A stretch of DNA of 64,000 nucleotides from a virus, in IMG/VR virus record IMGVR_UViG_3300032213_002070, positions 1 to 64,000 of that record. One strand, written 5' to 3'. Numbering within the stretch: the first letter of the stretch is position 1; each line of letters starts with the position of its first letter. Shown piece by piece: positions 8,168-16,364 of this stretch. A model generated the notes under the pieces. It ran no database searches. It was not told where the DNA came from and saw only the letters and a program-made list of their open reading frames with translations. Both the position numbers and the translations under genes were made by a program.

Positions 8168-8504
8168 TGTTGCCGTTGTTTTCTTCATCTATGTATAGAA
8201 AATAACCACTATCTTCTTCGTCTAAGTCTATCATGAAATTATTGAAATCCTTAGTATTGGAGTACAAAGATTCCAAAATTTTTACAGCCTCGACTGGCAT
8301 GGCAAACGGCTCATCACCTGGTTCAGTTAAATTAAGTATAATTAAATTAACTTCTTGAACCGTAGTAAGTAGTTCCGCCATAAACAATGAATAATCTCTA
8401 GCAGAATTCAAAGACAACGCCCTAACGATATCTGGCATTGCTCCTATGTTTTCTGGAGAAGTTATTTCAGAGAATATTTTATCAAAATTTTCTTCATTAG
8501 CCAT
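8148..8504 (-). CDS. hypothetical acidic protein
   Basis: Probable start ATG 8504 with GAGGAG RBS (track extends to 8609). Confidence 0.7.
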   Translation of the reverse strand: MANEENFDKIFSEITSPENIGAMPDIVRALSLNSARDYSLFMAELLTTVQEVNLIILNLTEPGDEPFAMPVEAVKILESLYSNTKDFNNFMIDLDEEDSGYFLYIDEENNGNNDDDRE

Positions 8505-8520
8505 TATATAACTACTCCTC

Positions 8521-10617
8521 TTATTTAGTGTTGTCCTTAATAAACTTAATTTCACACGAATCGGTTGTACAATAGCGTTCACCAATAGCATCAGAAGCCA
8601 TGCCTGCATAAACTCCAGTTAGATCTATTGGGAATAATTTATTTTTATTATCGTTATATTCCTCTTCTGTTATTTGGGTGTAAGGCATTTGGAGATAAGT
8701 ATCATTGCCGCTTGGAAGGAATGATACAGTCTTTAATTGACCATCGTACATATGTAGTACTGTGCCCACGTGATTTGATTCTGTATCTTTATTGAAAGAT
8801 ATAGTTACAGAAACAGAATTGTCAGACCAGTAACGCTGAGCTGTAGCTGCCAATGACATTTTCTCGAAGATAGTTACATCACGTTCCGCTCTCTCTGCGT
8901 CTGATTTAATCGGGAAGTATACAACTGAAGTTGTATCTGGAGATTCAGCTGCTGCCTCTACTGTGTAATTAGCCATTCTAAATAGCGGTAACATCGGATC
9001 ATCATTAGAGAATCTAATAGTTCTATAGAAGAACTTACCACCCGGAGTCCAGTGAACTCCTGGAGATTCTCCAGCTAAGATCGACACTGTACCAGATGGT
9101 TTAATTGTAGTCATTTTTATAGACTCACGGATTCCCAACCACTCAGAGTATACATTATCATAGCGTTGTATAGTTTTATATCCTTGGTCCATCCATTCGC
9201 GCAGTGCTGGAACGCCAACACGATCAGCAAAGTTTGCTACGCCTGACATAGATGCTCCAATGCGACGATTTCGTTGCATGATAGCGTTGGTCTCTTCCCA
9301 GTGTGTAGGAAGTAGCGTAACAGTCTTAGCATAGAGGTAGGCAAACTTTAGGGTACGCTTATAATCCTCTAGGTTGTCATGCCTATTGAGATAGGTCTCC
9401 ACAAGCGTACAACACTCGTAGGACTCTAGAGATTGCTCTGCGCATGGATTATACCCAGCTACTCTATGATCCTTGTTATTCGGTGGATCAGCTAGTCTTC
9501 CATACTTTCTAGACATATCCATCCATATAACGCCAGGTTCTCCGTTAAGGGAGATTCCTTCAACTATCTTAGAGAGATCTGTACCTACAGATGTTTCTAT
9601 TGAGTTATTAGACATCCAAGCCCAGCCTGGATTGCTTCTATCGTAAGAGTTTCTTTCAGGAAATGCTGCAGCATTTTTTAGGTTAAGGAAATTGTCATCT
9701 TCTAAACGCCCAATTAACAACTCAGCTGAACGACGAACGTTACCAGACACTACGCACACACCAATAACGTTTCCAATATCTGCTATATCAACTCTAGTTA
9801 ACTTATCACCCTTACGGCCCTTAAACATATTACGTATATGATCATGAAGTCTTTCTAATGGTTCATGACCAGCTGCAACGCCGCCAAATGTTTTGATCGG
9901 AGTTCCCGATGGTCTTATTTGTGAGTAATCAAATTCATATGATGGTTGGTTTTCTTTTAGATATGAATTAAGAATAAACGATAATGATTCCACCCAACCC
10001 TCACGAGTATCAGGAATCACATATGTAATAGGTTCTTTTGGTTCATAAATATTAAAATCTTTATCAGCACCTTTGTCATCGAATCCAACACCAACGCCAA
10101 GCATTGATGCTTCCATTAAGAATGCAAACGGTTTTGCTGGATTAAACTTGTTCATTTCTGCTGTGGAAACAAAAGCGCAGTTTTGTAAGGCGGCAGAATT
10201 CTTTTGAACATTAACAATATTTGTACCCATCGCCCAAAGTCCACGGCCTGGTGGTGTCCACTTTAAATTGAACAGTCTATCAAATGCTTCCTTAGCACTT
10301 GCCTGAGCTCTTGCGTCATTCCATGGAAGACGGCTCTTCTTGCAGTGATCTTTTTGTAGCGAATACATGCCATTGATAACACGTTCGCATACGTCTACCC
10401 ATGTTTCTTTAGTGCCATCTTCTTTTAGACGAGAGTATGTACGAAGAAAGGTTATCTCTCCAACGGAATTACCACCAGCATCTTTGTAACCAAATGGTGC
10501 AGGTGTATTTCTATAAGACTCAACAAAATCATCACTTAGTTTAAAAGAAAACATAGATGAATTTTTTGGTGCTATAGGTGTAAGATCTGGGTTTCCGTTT
10601 TCGATTTCTTCTGACAT
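8521..10617 (-). CDS. nrdJ: class II (adenosylcobalamin-dependent) ribonucleotide reductase, monomeric RTPR type
   Basis: RTYSR, PPGRGLW, NCAF, GNVRRSA, NPCAEQ (thiyl Cys), TIKPSGTVS, C-terminal CTTDSC. Confidence 0.93.
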   Translation of the reverse strand: MSEEIENGNPDLTPIAPKNSSMFSFKLSDDFVESYRNTPAPFGYKDAGGNSVGEITFLRTYSRLKEDGTKETWVDVCERVINGMYSLQKDHCKKSRLPWNDARAQASAKEAFDRLFNLKWTPPGRGLWAMGTNIVNVQKNSAALQNCAFVSTAEMNKFNPAKPFAFLMEASMLGVGVGFDDKGADKDFNIYEPKEPITYVIPDTREGWVESLSFILNSYLKENQPSYEFDYSQIRPSGTPIKTFGGVAAGHEPLERLHDHIRNMFKGRKGDKLTRVDIADIGNVIGVCVVSGNVRRSAELLIGRLEDDNFLNLKNAAAFPERNSYDRSNPGWAWMSNNSIETSVGTDLSKIVEGISLNGEPGVIWMDMSRKYGRLADPPNNKDHRVAGYNPCAEQSLESYECCTLVETYLNRHDNLEDYKRTLKFAYLYAKTVTLLPTHWEETNAIMQRNRRIGASMSGVANFADRVGVPALREWMDQGYKTIQRYDNVYSEWLGIRESIKMTTIKPSGTVSILAGESPGVHWTPGGKFFYRTIRFSNDDPMLPLFRMANYTVEAAAESPDTTSVVYFPIKSDAERAERDVTIFEKMSLAATAQRYWSDNSVSVTISFNKDTESNHVGTVLHMYDGQLKTVSFLPSGNDTYLQMPYTQITEEEYNDNKNKLFPIDLTGVYAGMASDAIGERYCTTDSCEIKFIKDNTK

Positions 10618-10630
10618 TTTTATCTCCTGA

Positions 10631-11335
10631 TTATTTGTTTAGCACTAGTGTTTTTACGTACTTGGGGTTTAATTTTTCTATTTCTGTTTTTTTAATTTTC
10701 TTGATCTGATCATATGTATAGATTGTATATATTTCTCTCTCGAAAAAATATCCACTTCTCCAATTATATATCTTGTCTAGAACATATTTGTGATTTGTAA
10801 AGATGTTAGAGATAACAGCTCCTCCATATATCCTTACTAAGTTCTGCATCTTTTTAATCACGGCTGTTTTATTCTTTTCTGTTATGTCATTATTATGTTC
10901 AGCGTGCGTATATAACCAATTGAAAGCTTGCCTAGTTAACGGTGAGTAATCTATTGGGTCTATGACGCCTAATGATAGTAGCTCGTTGTGATTATTTTGT
11001 ATCAATAAATCTTTCTTAATAACATCTAAAAATAAAGAAAACCAATCTTTCTCTTTAAATTGAGTCCACGTTGGGCACCAAAAAAGGATCAGGTGAACTG
11101 GATCTGGAATATTAGTTTTCTCTATGGTTGGAAGTAGTATGGCACAAGAGATAGCGCGCTTTACTTCATCTTTACTTAACTCAGAGTTTTTATTTTTATT
11201 CTCAAAATTATTCCACAGCTTGGAAATATGAGTCTTCCAATCAGCTTCGCCTATGTACAGGTTTAAATATTTTTCAGCTACATCGACCGATAGTGTTTTT
11301 TCTTGCACTACTTTGTTAAGCTCATCTAAAAACAT
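10631..11335 (-). CDS. hypothetical protein
   Basis: 234-aa ORF with GAGGG RBS. Confidence 0.75.
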   Translation of the reverse strand: MFLDELNKVVQEKTLSVDVAEKYLNLYIGEADWKTHISKLWNNFENKNKNSELSKDEVKRAISCAILLPTIEKTNIPDPVHLILFWCPTWTQFKEKDWFSLFLDVIKKDLLIQNNHNELLSLGVIDPIDYSPLTRQAFNWLYTHAEHNNDITEKNKTAVIKKMQNLVRIYGGAVISNIFTNHKYVLDKIYNWRSGYFFEREIYTIYTYDQIKKIKKTEIEKLNPKYVKTLVLNK

Positions 11336-11393
11336 TTATATAACCCTCTTTAACTCTAGACAAATGTACCAAAACTTATATAAAACTACCCGT

Positions 11394-11434
11394 TAAAATA
11401 GTTATCCCGCCCTTTATGGGGGCGGGATAACTAT
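11394..11434 (-). terminator. intrinsic terminator ending the structural operon
   Basis: Perfect 15-bp inverted repeat ATAGTTATCCCGCCC (11398-11412) / GGGCGGGATAACTAT (11420-11434); T-rich tail on the minus strand. Confidence 0.75.
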
Positions 11435-11513
11435 CTCACACTCGGTGAGGAGCGTCGGTTTCCGTGCTGATAAGTATATCAGTTCGGAGTGTTTAGTGTA
11501 GTGCTTAGTGCAA

Positions 11514-11717
11514 TTATTTCAACGTTGCTGCTGAATCCTTTGAACCAATCTTCGTTGCAGCAAAACCTTTGATAACACTGAGACCAGCTGCTGCTGCAGC
11601 AGTTGCTGCGGCCTTAGCTTGGTCTACCCCACCAACTGTATAAACAGCGATGAAGGTTTGTGCTGCGGTCCAGAATGCACGTTCTACTACGTCTTTAATT
11701 AATTTCTGATCTAACAT
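11514..11717 (-). CDS. holin, r1t-like (actinophage type)
   Basis: KDVVERAFWTAAQTFIAV followed by an Ala-rich TM segment (AAAAAGLSVIKG), typical of r1t-family holins. Confidence 0.7.
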   Translation of the reverse strand: MLDQKLIKDVVERAFWTAAQTFIAVYTVGGVDQAKAAATAAAAAGLSVIKGFAATKIGSKDSAATLK

Positions 11718-11732
11718 TATTATCCCCTTTTT

Positions 11733-12323
11733 TTAGAGAGCTTTAGCTGATGCTACACCTGACCATTGACCAACTTTATTTCTACCATATTCGCTAGAAG
11801 TGTTTGCTTGTCCATAGCCTGACTTCATTACTTCTGCTGAAGCAACACCGTCAAAAATATAATTGTTATAGAGACTGTATGCAGTCACTCTCTTAGCGTG
11901 ACCCATGTTTGCAAAGGCTTCTGCCGAGGTAACACCGTCAAAAATGAAGTTGCTATAGTTACCGTAGTATAGACTACGCTTAGCGTGTCCACCGGCAAGT
12001 GCTCTTACACCAGAAAGACCCTTATATTCAAAAGGACGGAATCTAGTTCCATCGTATGTTGCTGTACCGTCAGCAAAGGTGCCAGCTAAAGGCGTAGTTG
12101 CCGTGTAGAGTGTTGAACCCGTGAACAACTGGGACAACAACAAGCTGCTTGGACGGTTTCCCGTACCTGGAACATGATGATTATCAGGACCACCATCTAA
12201 TACATGGCTACCACCTTTAAGGGGATAGTAGGAGTATGTGCCAACAACGCCCTTTGGGCCGATCATGTCAGCTGTCGTGCGCCCCTTCAATACTGGTCTT
12301 GGGCCAACGTAGTAAGTCGTCAT
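11733..12323 (-). CDS. Gly/Ser/Tyr-rich putative virion protein with 29-aa internal repeat
   Basis: Strong AAGGAG RBS; GHAKR...N.IFDGV.SAE repeated twice, plus a partial third copy. Confidence 0.7.
   Translation of the reverse strand: MTTYYVGPRPVLKGRTTADMIGPKGVVGTYSYYPLKGGSHVLDGGPDNHHVPGTGNRPSSLLLSQLFTGSTLYTATTPLAGTFADGTATYDGTRFRPFEYKGLSGVRALAGGHAKRSLYYGNYSNFIFDGVTSAEAFANMGHAKRVTAYSLYNNYIFDGVASAEVMKSGYGQANTSSEYGRNKVGQWSGVASAKAL
11835..11990 (-). repeat. imperfect 87-bp tandem repeat within CDS
   Basis: aacaccgtcaaaaat at 11844 and 11931; cttagcgtg at 11892 and 11979 (period 87 nt). Confidence 0.75.
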
Positions 12324-12394
12324 TTTATATTCTCCTTTTATAAATATTTGTACCTATATAGTAAAAAGAATTAGCTGGTTATTAACGAATCTAA

Positions 12395-13660
12395 TTAGCT
12401 ATAATTGACGACAAGGTCTGATAATACGGGCGCTGTTCCATCTCCCAGTTGATTTAGGGTGACCTCTATCCATATAGAAGAAGAGCTACCGGGGTTTGTC
12501 AGGGTATAAACACCACTATCTTTATAGATTATTCTATAGCTAAATGCGGTTGAGGTTAACTCCTCTGGAACATTATACATTCTAGGGATTACTTCTTCGA
12601 CTGCATAAATCAGGGTATCAACCGGTGCTGTAAATTTAATAAGTGTTTTTCCAGTGTCTAAGAATTTTTGAGATCTTACGTCAATATCTGACAAACCATA
12701 AGTGTAGACAAATTTACCGTTTTCTTTAATGTAATTTCTTTGTCTCATATTTATTCTGATAGCTGTAATTTTAATAGGTGGGAAATAAAAACCTATCGGT
12801 CCAGCATTAAGGATGGCATCCGAACCTGTTGTTGACCACGCACCAGGAGGAACTTTCCCGATTGCTTCAGCCTGACTATCATATAGTCGGTTAAAGTTCA
12901 ATGGTGTCCACCCATCATTCTGGGACAGGGTTGGATCTTCTACTGAAGTATATTCAATAGACATTATGTCAACCCCAAATAATGGATATGGAATTAATGA
13001 AAAATAATTTGCTGTGTCAGAACCAGAATAAGCATTAGGTATTTTAAAGTAAGCATACATCTGAGCACCAGTTGCTGAAGCTGAATCAACTATAACATTA
13101 CGCTTCCAAAATGCGTCTGACCTATCCATAATCGAATAGAACACTGGAGTTGTGTCAACAATAGCACCAGGAACATCGACGCTTATAAAGTTATTATCTA
13201 TCTTAGTCTCGGTAAAATTGGGTATTACTTGACCACTGGAAGTATCAAAAAATTTTAACTTAGAATAGGATGACCCATCTACTTTAGGTAGAGTAATGAT
13301 ATTGTAGACGTGATCAAAGCTCAATGCATCGGATGTTGAGAGCGCAAAACTAGTACTAGCAAAGCTTCCTAAATCTAATTGTGAATAACTATATATGGAA
13401 AGCTTTTTATACGGAGAAGATGAAGTGTATTCAATAGCCCTTACTCTATCTTCTAAATCGGCCAAAGCCTTAGAAATAAATAGATGGTCCTTAATTACTC
13501 TTTCAAAAGCTTCTGAAAGCTTCTGATCTAGAACGCCAGATCTATTATGGAGATGTACTAAATCCTGATAGTTCTGCTCTATAAGAGCATTGTAATCAGA
13601 GCTGTTTACCGGACCATTATATTGTATGGTATTGTTTTCTGTATTTAAAAAATCTGACAT
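12395..13660 (-). CDS. virion structural protein (baseplate/tail-associated family)
   Basis: 421 aa; N-terminal GPVNSSDYN...QDL and C-terminal IWIEVTL...APVLSDLVV shared with upstream paralogs; position in the tail operon. Confidence 0.6.
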   Translation of the reverse strand: MSDFLNTENNTIQYNGPVNSSDYNALIEQNYQDLVHLHNRSGVLDQKLSEAFERVIKDHLFISKALADLEDRVRAIEYTSSSPYKKLSIYSYSQLDLGSFASTSFALSTSDALSFDHVYNIITLPKVDGSSYSKLKFFDTSSGQVIPNFTETKIDNNFISVDVPGAIVDTTPVFYSIMDRSDAFWKRNVIVDSASATGAQMYAYFKIPNAYSGSDTANYFSLIPYPLFGVDIMSIEYTSVEDPTLSQNDGWTPLNFNRLYDSQAEAIGKVPPGAWSTTGSDAILNAGPIGFYFPPIKITAIRINMRQRNYIKENGKFVYTYGLSDIDVRSQKFLDTGKTLIKFTAPVDTLIYAVEEVIPRMYNVPEELTSTAFSYRIIYKDSGVYTLTNPGSSSSIWIEVTLNQLGDGTAPVLSDLVVNYS

Positions 13661-13671
13661 TTAGCCCAACT

Positions 13672-14112
13672 TTATTGTAATTGTTTTTCTAGTTTATTAA
13701 TTTTATATACTATATTGGATAATCTTCCACCTATTGAATCTAAGGTATCTAATTGTACTATAGTTTTTTGATTAACAAAATCATAAAACTCAATTGAATC
13801 TTGAGTTAAATCATAATGTCTGGAATATCCATAAACATCATACAGTGTACCAGTATTATTTTTTATTAAATATTCACTAGTTACATGTGTATTATCATGT
13901 TCTTGACCTAAAAATATCTTAACCTTATTTAAAATTTTGATGTTAGTTAATTCTAAAGCTAAATAGATTCTTTTAATATCCATATATATTTGCTGCGCGT
14001 AGAGGTTTTGCGGCGTGCTTTTTCTTGGAGTTCTATAGAATGATCTAAACCTTTTAACTAAAGGTTCTCTGATGATTACTTTTTCTGCTGGGTTTGTATA
14101 TGAAATAGCCAT
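13672..14112 (-). CDS. putative virion structural protein
   Basis: 146 aa with GAGAGG RBS; carries a version of the family N-terminal motif (PRKSTPQN...MDIKRIY). Confidence 0.55.
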   Translation of the reverse strand: MAISYTNPAEKVIIREPLVKRFRSFYRTPRKSTPQNLYAQQIYMDIKRIYLALELTNIKILNKVKIFLGQEHDNTHVTSEYLIKNNTGTLYDVYGYSRHYDLTQDSIEFYDFVNQKTIVQLDTLDSIGGRLSNIVYKINKLEKQLQ

Positions 14113-14138
14113 TGTTTCCTCTCTTTAAATAGTACAGC

Positions 14139-16364
14139 TTATAAGCTTGATGTGGACGTATTGCTGCTAGATAATTCATTAGTCAGGTCTGCAAAACTCT
14201 GAGAGTTCTTAAACTTAACCTTAAAAGAATCTAAGCTAGGGGCAGCTAGTGGGTTCTTACCCCTGGAAATATCCGCCCTAAATCTTATTTTTTTAACTGC
14301 GTCAGGATTATTTGTATAGTAGAATATTCTAGAATTACTTGCTATATTTTGCCTAGAAAATATTTCCTTATTGCCAAAAAAGTTTTCAATAGTAAAAACA
14401 TTATCATATATAGACTTATTGTTCTTGAATTCTAAAGGATCTACATAGCTATAATACTGTCTGTACACCAAACCATAATCTAATAGAGATCTGCCTTCCA
14501 TTAGGGAAATAGATCCATTAGAACTGCCTGTTATATCAATGGCTAATTTAATAGTGTTGATACCAGCTTTAAAATTCCACTCAATCATTTGAGATGCCAC
14601 ACCTGCTGGGACCGTATAAGATAAGTCATTAACATAGATCCCAACAGCCCAGTCTTTTGAGGATAAATCATTCTTTACAAACTTATGCTTTATCACTATG
14701 TCATTTGGGCAGAATATTTTAACATCTAATAGGATGCTAATGTTAGATAAGTTTGGACCAGTAAAAAATAAAGAATTGTTTTTCAATTCATATGATGGTA
14801 TTTTAAACACTTGTCTATTTACAGCGTTTCCAGCTATAGCCTGTGACCAAGTTGAAAGAGTATCTTTTTCTGAATATATGCTTCCAGCATAATTCATATA
14901 GTATCCACTTATTATGTTAATACCTTCTAGCATATAAGAGCTAAGTGGTTTATCTAGCTTATCTAGCTTAGCAATTCGATAGATTGATTGGTTTGGATAA
15001 AGATCTACTATAGGATTTTGTTCATTTAAATTTTTTGATACTGGCTTTGATGACAAAGCTATTTTTGTTATTTCATTTGTAGAAGACATTGGTTTATCTA
15101 ATATTTTTATTGACTTTAAAGTAGAGCCAGAAAAGTTTACAGTATCACCATATGAGCTAATTGTATCTCCGTTTTTAGAAATTGGTATCCATGAAAAATC
15201 AGATATGTTATCGGCTGATTCATTATCTTCTGCAACAAAATAATTTATAGACCCAGATAGTAGATTCGATTCTTCAACCTGAATAGATACAGCATCTATT
15301 GCTAGAGTGGAATTATCTGTAGTATTTAAAGATAATGGAGAAGAAACAAACGACGCATGCTTATCATAATACTGACCGCTAATTGCTATATCTCGTATTC
15401 CAAACCTATAGGCATACTTATCAGCTCTACTTGGTTCTATAAAATCTGCTTCAACTTTAACTAAATATAATTCTATAGATCCTACGTTCCCACTTGTAAA
15501 ACTAAAAGAAAATCTATCATAATCTTTTGTGGATTTTTTTGAAAGAATTTCAGGCGGCTTTGTTGGATCCACATAATTTACTTTAATATAAATATCTGTA
15601 GGTGATATAGTATTTAGTCTTCCTTCTATTTTAGAAAGACTAACATTTGCTACTATGGGTAAAGTTACAGAAAAACTACAAACCCCAATAGAGTTGAAGT
15701 AAAATATTTTTTGCCATTCAGTGTTATCTAAACCATCAAATACCGATTGAAAAAAAGAATCATCATTAAAAGATTTAGAATTTTCTATTTGTTTTTTATC
15801 AAAAGATAATGAATACGTTGGACTACCTGCAATAATACTGTTGGTAGAAATTAAATCAAATACAGAAGAATTTAATGTTGGTAAACCAAATTTACCATTA
15901 ACAACATCTACAAATCCTGTAGTATGTTTTAAGTCGGTACCTTCTATGCTTGAAAAAGTATCCGTATAAGCAGAGTAAAAACCTTCAGAATTTTGATTGC
16001 TAAAAATCAAATCATCTATCTTTGCCTCTAAGGCTATGCGCTTATTCTTTAAGCTTTGTAGTCTTTTATTCAAAGACGTAGTTGTTGTTAATAATTCTTC
16101 TGAGTTTTCAAATATAGAATCATACAAAGTTTCAATATTAAATATTGTATAAAGCATTTTTTGATTAAAGATGTCAACGTTTCCAAATGAAAGCTGTCTA
16201 AAAATTTGTGAATTAATGGGAAGCGGTTGTCCTGGTTCATATGTGGAAAAATACTTAGAGAAAAAATCTAATATTTCAGATTCTTTTGGCTTATTGCCGG
16301 CGGCATACAGTGATTTATAGAGTGTATCTAAAAACTTTTCTTTTTGTATATTACTGATACTCAT
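14139..16364 (-). CDS. virion structural protein (baseplate/tail-associated family)
   Basis: 741 aa; coiled-coil N-terminus, beta-rich body, C-terminal IRFRADI...APSLDSFKVKF. Confidence 0.6.
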   Translation of the reverse strand: MSISNIQKEKFLDTLYKSLYAAGNKPKESEILDFFSKYFSTYEPGQPLPINSQIFRQLSFGNVDIFNQKMLYTIFNIETLYDSIFENSEELLTTTTSLNKRLQSLKNKRIALEAKIDDLIFSNQNSEGFYSAYTDTFSSIEGTDLKHTTGFVDVVNGKFGLPTLNSSVFDLISTNSIIAGSPTYSLSFDKKQIENSKSFNDDSFFQSVFDGLDNTEWQKIFYFNSIGVCSFSVTLPIVANVSLSKIEGRLNTISPTDIYIKVNYVDPTKPPEILSKKSTKDYDRFSFSFTSGNVGSIELYLVKVEADFIEPSRADKYAYRFGIRDIAISGQYYDKHASFVSSPLSLNTTDNSTLAIDAVSIQVEESNLLSGSINYFVAEDNESADNISDFSWIPISKNGDTISSYGDTVNFSGSTLKSIKILDKPMSSTNEITKIALSSKPVSKNLNEQNPIVDLYPNQSIYRIAKLDKLDKPLSSYMLEGINIISGYYMNYAGSIYSEKDTLSTWSQAIAGNAVNRQVFKIPSYELKNNSLFFTGPNLSNISILLDVKIFCPNDIVIKHKFVKNDLSSKDWAVGIYVNDLSYTVPAGVASQMIEWNFKAGINTIKLAIDITGSSNGSISLMEGRSLLDYGLVYRQYYSYVDPLEFKNNKSIYDNVFTIENFFGNKEIFSRQNIASNSRIFYYTNNPDAVKKIRFRADISRGKNPLAAPSLDSFKVKFKNSQSFADLTNELSSSNTSTSSL

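Noticed and set aside
8521-10617. Possible intein or intron in nrdJ
   Set aside because: The 698-aa length is ordinary, the motifs are contiguous, and no intein or homing-endonuclease signature is visible.
11440-11490. Hammerhead-ribozyme-like CTGA...GAAA elements
   Set aside because: The core reads CUGAUAU rather than CUGANGA, and the three-stem junction cannot be built.
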